Positions 59,567 to 64,000 of a DNA stretch of 64,000 nt are shown here, in pieces. Every line of letters begins with the position of its first letter. Position 1 is the stretch's first letter. The notes beneath the pieces are model-generated. The model searched no databases. It worked only from the letters and a program-made list of their open reading frames with translations, and was not told where the DNA came from. Source of the DNA: the human T2T-CHM13v2.0 reference genome, Homo sapiens. The stretch lies in the NCBI RefSeq assembly GCF_009914755.1, contig NC_060940.1; one strand, written 5' to 3'. The translations under genes were made by a program, and so were the position numbers.

Positions 59567-62500
59567 ATTTGATGATGATTCCATTCGAGTCCACTCGATG
59601 ATTCCATTCGAGTCCATTTAATGAATCCATTGGTTTCAATTCTATGATGATTACATTGGATTCCATTCGTTGATGATTTCATTCGGCTCCATTCAATGAT
59701 GATTCCATTCAATTCCTTTCAATGTTTCCATTCAATTCCATACGATGATGATTCCATTTGATTTGATTCGACAGTGAGCCATTCGATTCAATTCCATGAT
59801 GATTCTATTTGATTCAATTGGTTGACATTTCCATTCGATTCCATTCGATGATGATTCCCTTTGATTCCGTTCAAAGATGATTCCATTCTAGCCCATTCAA
59901 TCATTCCATTCGATTCTATTCAATGATGATTCCATTCATGTCGATTTGGTGATTCCATTTGACTTCATTTGATGATGATTCCTTTCAAGTTCATTAGATG
60001 ATTCCATTCGATTCCATTTGATGATGATCCCATTCGAGTCCATTCAGTGATTCCATTCGTTTCCATTCCATGATGATTCCATTCCTTTCCATTCAATGAT
60101 TCCATTCGATTCCGTTTGATGATGATTTCATTCGAGTCCATTTGATGATTCCATTTGATTCCATTCGATGATGAGTCCATTCGAGTCCATTCGATGATTC
60201 TATTCGAATCCATTTGATGATTTCTTTTGATTATATTTGGTGATGATTCCATTGGAGTCCATTCAATGATTCCATTCTATTCCAATCGATGATGATTCCA
60301 TTAGAGTCCATTTAATGATTCCATTTGATTCCAGTCTCTGATGATTACATTCGAGTCCATACGATGATTCCACTCAATTCCATATGATGATGATTCCATT
60401 TGATTCCATTCGGTGATTCCATTCTATTCTATTCAATGGTGATTCCATTCGAGTACATTAGATGATTCCATTCGATTCCATTCAATGATGATTCTATTTG
60501 TGTCCCTTAGATGATTCCACATGATTCCATTAGATGATGATACTATTTGAGCCCATCCAATGATTCCCTTCGATTCCATTCGATGAGGATTCCATTCGAT
60601 TCAATTCATTGGTGATTCTATTCAATTCAATTCTTTGATTCCATTCCATTCCATTCGACAATGATTCCATTCGATTTCTTTCGATGATTCCACTCGATTC
60701 CACTTGACATTGATTCCATTCGATTCCATTCAATGATTCCATTTGATTCCAGTGGATGATGATTGCCATCGATTCCATTCGATCACTCCATTCTATTCCA
60801 TTTGATGATGATTACATTCGATTCCATTTGATGATTCCATCTGATTCTATTCGAGGATTCCATTTGATTCCATTCGATGATGATTCCATTCGAGTGCATT
60901 CGATGATTTCATTCGAGTACATCCAATGATTCCATTCGAGTCCATTAGATGATTCCATTTGATTCCATTTGAAAATGATTCTACTAGAGTCCATTCAATG
61001 ACTCCATTCGAGTCCATTCAACAATTCCATTCGACTCCATTCGATGATTCCATTCGATTCCATTTGATGGTACCATTCGAGTCCATTTAATCATTACAGT
61101 CGAGTCCATTTGGTGATTCCACTGGATTTCTTTTGATAATGATACCATTCAATTACATTTGATGATGATCCCATTCAACTTCATTTGATGATGATTCCAT
61201 TAGAGTCCATTCGATGATTTCATTCGAGTCCCTTCATTGATTCCATCCGATTTCATTGGATGATGACTCCATTCGAGTCCATTCGATGATTCCACTCGAT
61301 TCCATTAGATGATTCCATTGGAGTCCATTTGATTGTTCCATTCGATTCCATTCGATTCCTTTCGAAGATTATTCCATTTGAGTCCATTCGATGATGATTC
61401 CATTCCATTCCATTCGATGATTCCGTTTGATTCCATTCGATGATTCCCTTCGATTCCTTTCTTTGATGATTCCATTCCATTCCATTCAATGATTCCATTC
61501 GAATCTATTCCATGATGATTCCTTTCGATTCCATTCGCTGATGTTTCCGTTCAATTCCATTCGATGATGATTCCATTCGATTCCATTCATTGAGGATTCC
61601 ATTTGATTCCATTCAATGATGATTCCATTCTATTCCATTCAATGATTGCATTCAATTCCATTCAATGATTATCCCATTAGAGTAAACTCAACGATTCCAT
61701 TCAATACCATTCAATGATGATTCCTTTTGAGTCCATTCAATGATTTCATTCAAGTCCATTTGATGATTCCTTTCAATTCCATTCTATGATGATTCCATTC
61801 GAGTCCATTCGATGATTCCATTCAATTGCATTCGATGATTCCATTATATTCCATTCAACGGTGATTCCATTCGAGTCCATTCCATGATTCCATTAGAGTA
61901 CATTTAATGATTGCTTTGTTTTCAATTCGAAGATGATTACATTGGATTCCATTCTATGATACCATTCGATTCCATTCAATGATGATTCCACTCAAATCCA
62001 TTGGATGATTCCATTCGTGTCCATTCGGTGATTTCATTACATTCCATTCGAGGATGATTCCATTCGATTCCATTCGATGATTCCATTCAATTCCATTCGA
62101 TGATGATTCCATTCCAGTCCATATGATCATTCCATTTGATTTCATTCGATGATGATTCCATTCGATTCCTTTCGACGATTCCATTCTATTCCATTCGATG
62201 ATGATTCCATTCGAGTCCATTCGATGATTCCATTCGAGTCCATTTAATGATTCCATTGGGTTCAATTCAATTATGATTACATTGGATTCCGTTCTATGAT
62301 TCCATTCAATTCCGTTCATTGACAATTTGATTCCATTCGATGATGATTCCATTTGAGTTCATTCGATGATTCTATTCGATTCTCTTCGATGGTGATTCAA
62401 TTCTATTATATTGGATGATTCCATTCGATTCCATTTGATGTTGATTCAATTCGATTCTATTCGATGATGATTCCATTGGATTTCACTTGATGATTCTATT

Positions 62501-64000
62501 CGATTCCATTCAATGATGATTCACTTCTCGTCCATTGGATGATTCCATTTCATTCCATTCGATGATGATTCCATTCGATTCCATTCGATGATTCCATTTG
62601 ATTCCATGCGACGGTGAGCAATTCGATTCAATTCCATGATGATTCTATTTGATTCAATTAGATGATGTTTCCATTCGAATCCATTCCATGATTATTCCAT
62701 TGGAATCCATTCGGCGATGATTCCATATGAGTCAATTCAATGATGATTCCATATGGGTCCGTTCGATGATAATTCCATTTGATTTCATTCGATGCTTCTA
62801 TTCTATTCCAGTCGATGATGATTCCGTTGGAGTCCATACGATGATTCCATTTGATTTCATTTGATGATGATTCCATTCGATGATGATTACATTGGATTCC
62901 ATTCTATGATTCCATTCAATTCCATTCGTTGATGATTCGATTCCATTCAATGATGATTCCATTTGAGTTCATTCGATGATTCTATTCGATTCCGTTCGAT
63001 GGTGATTCAATTCTATTATATTGGATGATTCCACTCGATTCCATTTGATGATTATTCCATTGGAGTCCACTTAGTGAATCCTTTAGATTCTACTCGACGA
63101 TGATTCCATTCGAGTCCATTCGATGATACCATTCAATTCCATTCGTTGATGCTTCCATTCAAGTGCATTCGATGATATCATTCGATTCCATTTGATGATA
63201 ATTCCATTTGATTCCATGCGATGATTCTATTCGATTCCATTCAATGATAATTCCATTCAATTCAGTGATTCCTCTGGACTCCATTTGATGATGATTCCAT
63301 TCAATGATTCCATTCGATTCTATTCGAAAATGATTCCATTTGAATCCATTTGATGATGATTCCATTAGATTCCATTTGATGATTCCATTCGATTCCATTC
63401 GACGATGATTCCATTCGATTCCGTTTGATGATTCCATTCTATTCTATTCGATGATGATTCCATTCGATTCCATTCGATGATGATTGGATTCGATTCCATT
63501 TGATGATTTCATTTGATTCCATTCGTTAATGATTTCGATCAATTCCATTCGATGATTCCATTTGATTCCATTCGATAATGATTACATCCGAGTCCATTCG
63601 ATGATTCCCTTTGAGCCTGTTCGATAATTCCATTTGAGTCCAACCAATGATTCCATTCATTTCCATTCAATGATTCCATTCGAGTTCATTTGATCATTCC
63701 GGTAGGGTCCATTCGATGTTGATTCCATTGGAGTGCATTCGATGATTCCATTCGAGTCCATTTTAGGATTTGATTCGAGTCCTTTCGATGATTCCATTCG
63801 ATTCCACTCGATGATGATTTCATTCGAGTCCATTCGACACTTCCAATCGATTCCATTTGATGATTCCATTCGAGTCCAATTGATGATTCCATTCAATTCC
63901 ATTCGATGATGATTCCGTACGATTCCATTCTGTGATGATTCCATGTGATTGCATTCAATGATGATTCCTTTCGATTGCATTCGATTATGATTCATTTCGT
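59567..64000 (+). repeat. Higher-order unit U11 (partial, first 4,434 bp, cut by the window end)
   Basis: ORFs 59965-63995 lie at a constant offset of 59566 from U1. Confidence 0.92.

Larger units (their letters stand above)
1..64000 (+). repeat. Human satellite II (HSat2/HSATII) tandem array, probably the HSat2B family with a ~6.1-kb higher-order repeat (chr16 pericentromeric type)
   Basis: Continuous CATTC/GATTCCATTCGATGATGATTCCATTCGAGTCC-type sequence with 23/26-bp subunits, abundant TCGA and ATGATG. HSat3 would be mostly pure (CATTC)n. Identical ORFs recur every 6,112 bp (964, 7076; 19297, 25409, 31521; 48306, 54418, 60530). No strand switch seen. The chr16/HSat2B assignment rests on recalled period length. 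Confidence 0.96.

Noticed and set aside
399-63995. Many 60-145 aa minus-strand ORFs (MESNGIIEWN-like)
   Set aside because: They are translations of GGAAT/ATC-rich satellite. The minus strand is rich in ATG and poor in stops, while the plus strand is full of TGA. The ORFs overlap in different frames, recur per unit, and appear or vanish with single SNVs. I recognise no protein domain.
1-64000. CRISPR-like array or a novel repeat-encoded system
   Set aside because: There is no constant repeat alternating with unique spacers, and no cas, reverse transcriptase or other genes. All sequence is explained by the satellite hierarchy.
1-64000. HSat3, alpha satellite or telomeric repeat
   Set aside because: There are no long pure (CATTC)n runs, no alphoid monomer or CENP-B box, and no TTAGGG arrays. 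The ~171-bp length of the internal repeat is coincidental.
1-64000. Inversion or transposon (Alu/L1) insertion in the array
   Set aside because: No GAATG-oriented stretch on +, no poly(A) and no non-satellite sequence seen. The listed indels account for all unit-length differences.

Overview
The whole 64 kb window is one uninterrupted, single-orientation tandem satellite array: human-type classical satellite II (HSat2/HSATII). It is built from diverged CATTC pentamers arranged as 23/26-bp TCCATTCGATTCCATTCGATGAT(GAT) subunits, with the CATTC strand on +. These subunits form a 6,112-bp higher-order unit, present as 10 complete copies plus one partial copy. A ~6.1-kb HSat2 period is what I recall for the HSat2B array in chromosome 16 pericentromeric heterochromatin (16q11.2); that location is inferred, not shown. 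I found no genes, RNA genes, transposons or CRISPR arrays. All listed ORFs are minus-strand translations of (GGAAT)n-like DNA (MESNGIIEWN-like peptides) that recur once per unit. I see no evidence of a novel biological system. The points of interest are in array evolution: (1) a variant block at ~30.8-47.7 kb; (2) homology-flanked 271-bp and 1,180-bp deletions bracketing a ~2-kb divergent island; (3) a 49-bp indel haplotype duplicated in tandem; (4) dense substitution clusters and non-nested variant sharing that suggest gene conversion; (5) older internal duplications within the unit; (6) a perfect DUX4-consensus motif kept in all 11 copies. Unit boundaries are arbitrary and phased to position 1. 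All comparisons were made by eye.
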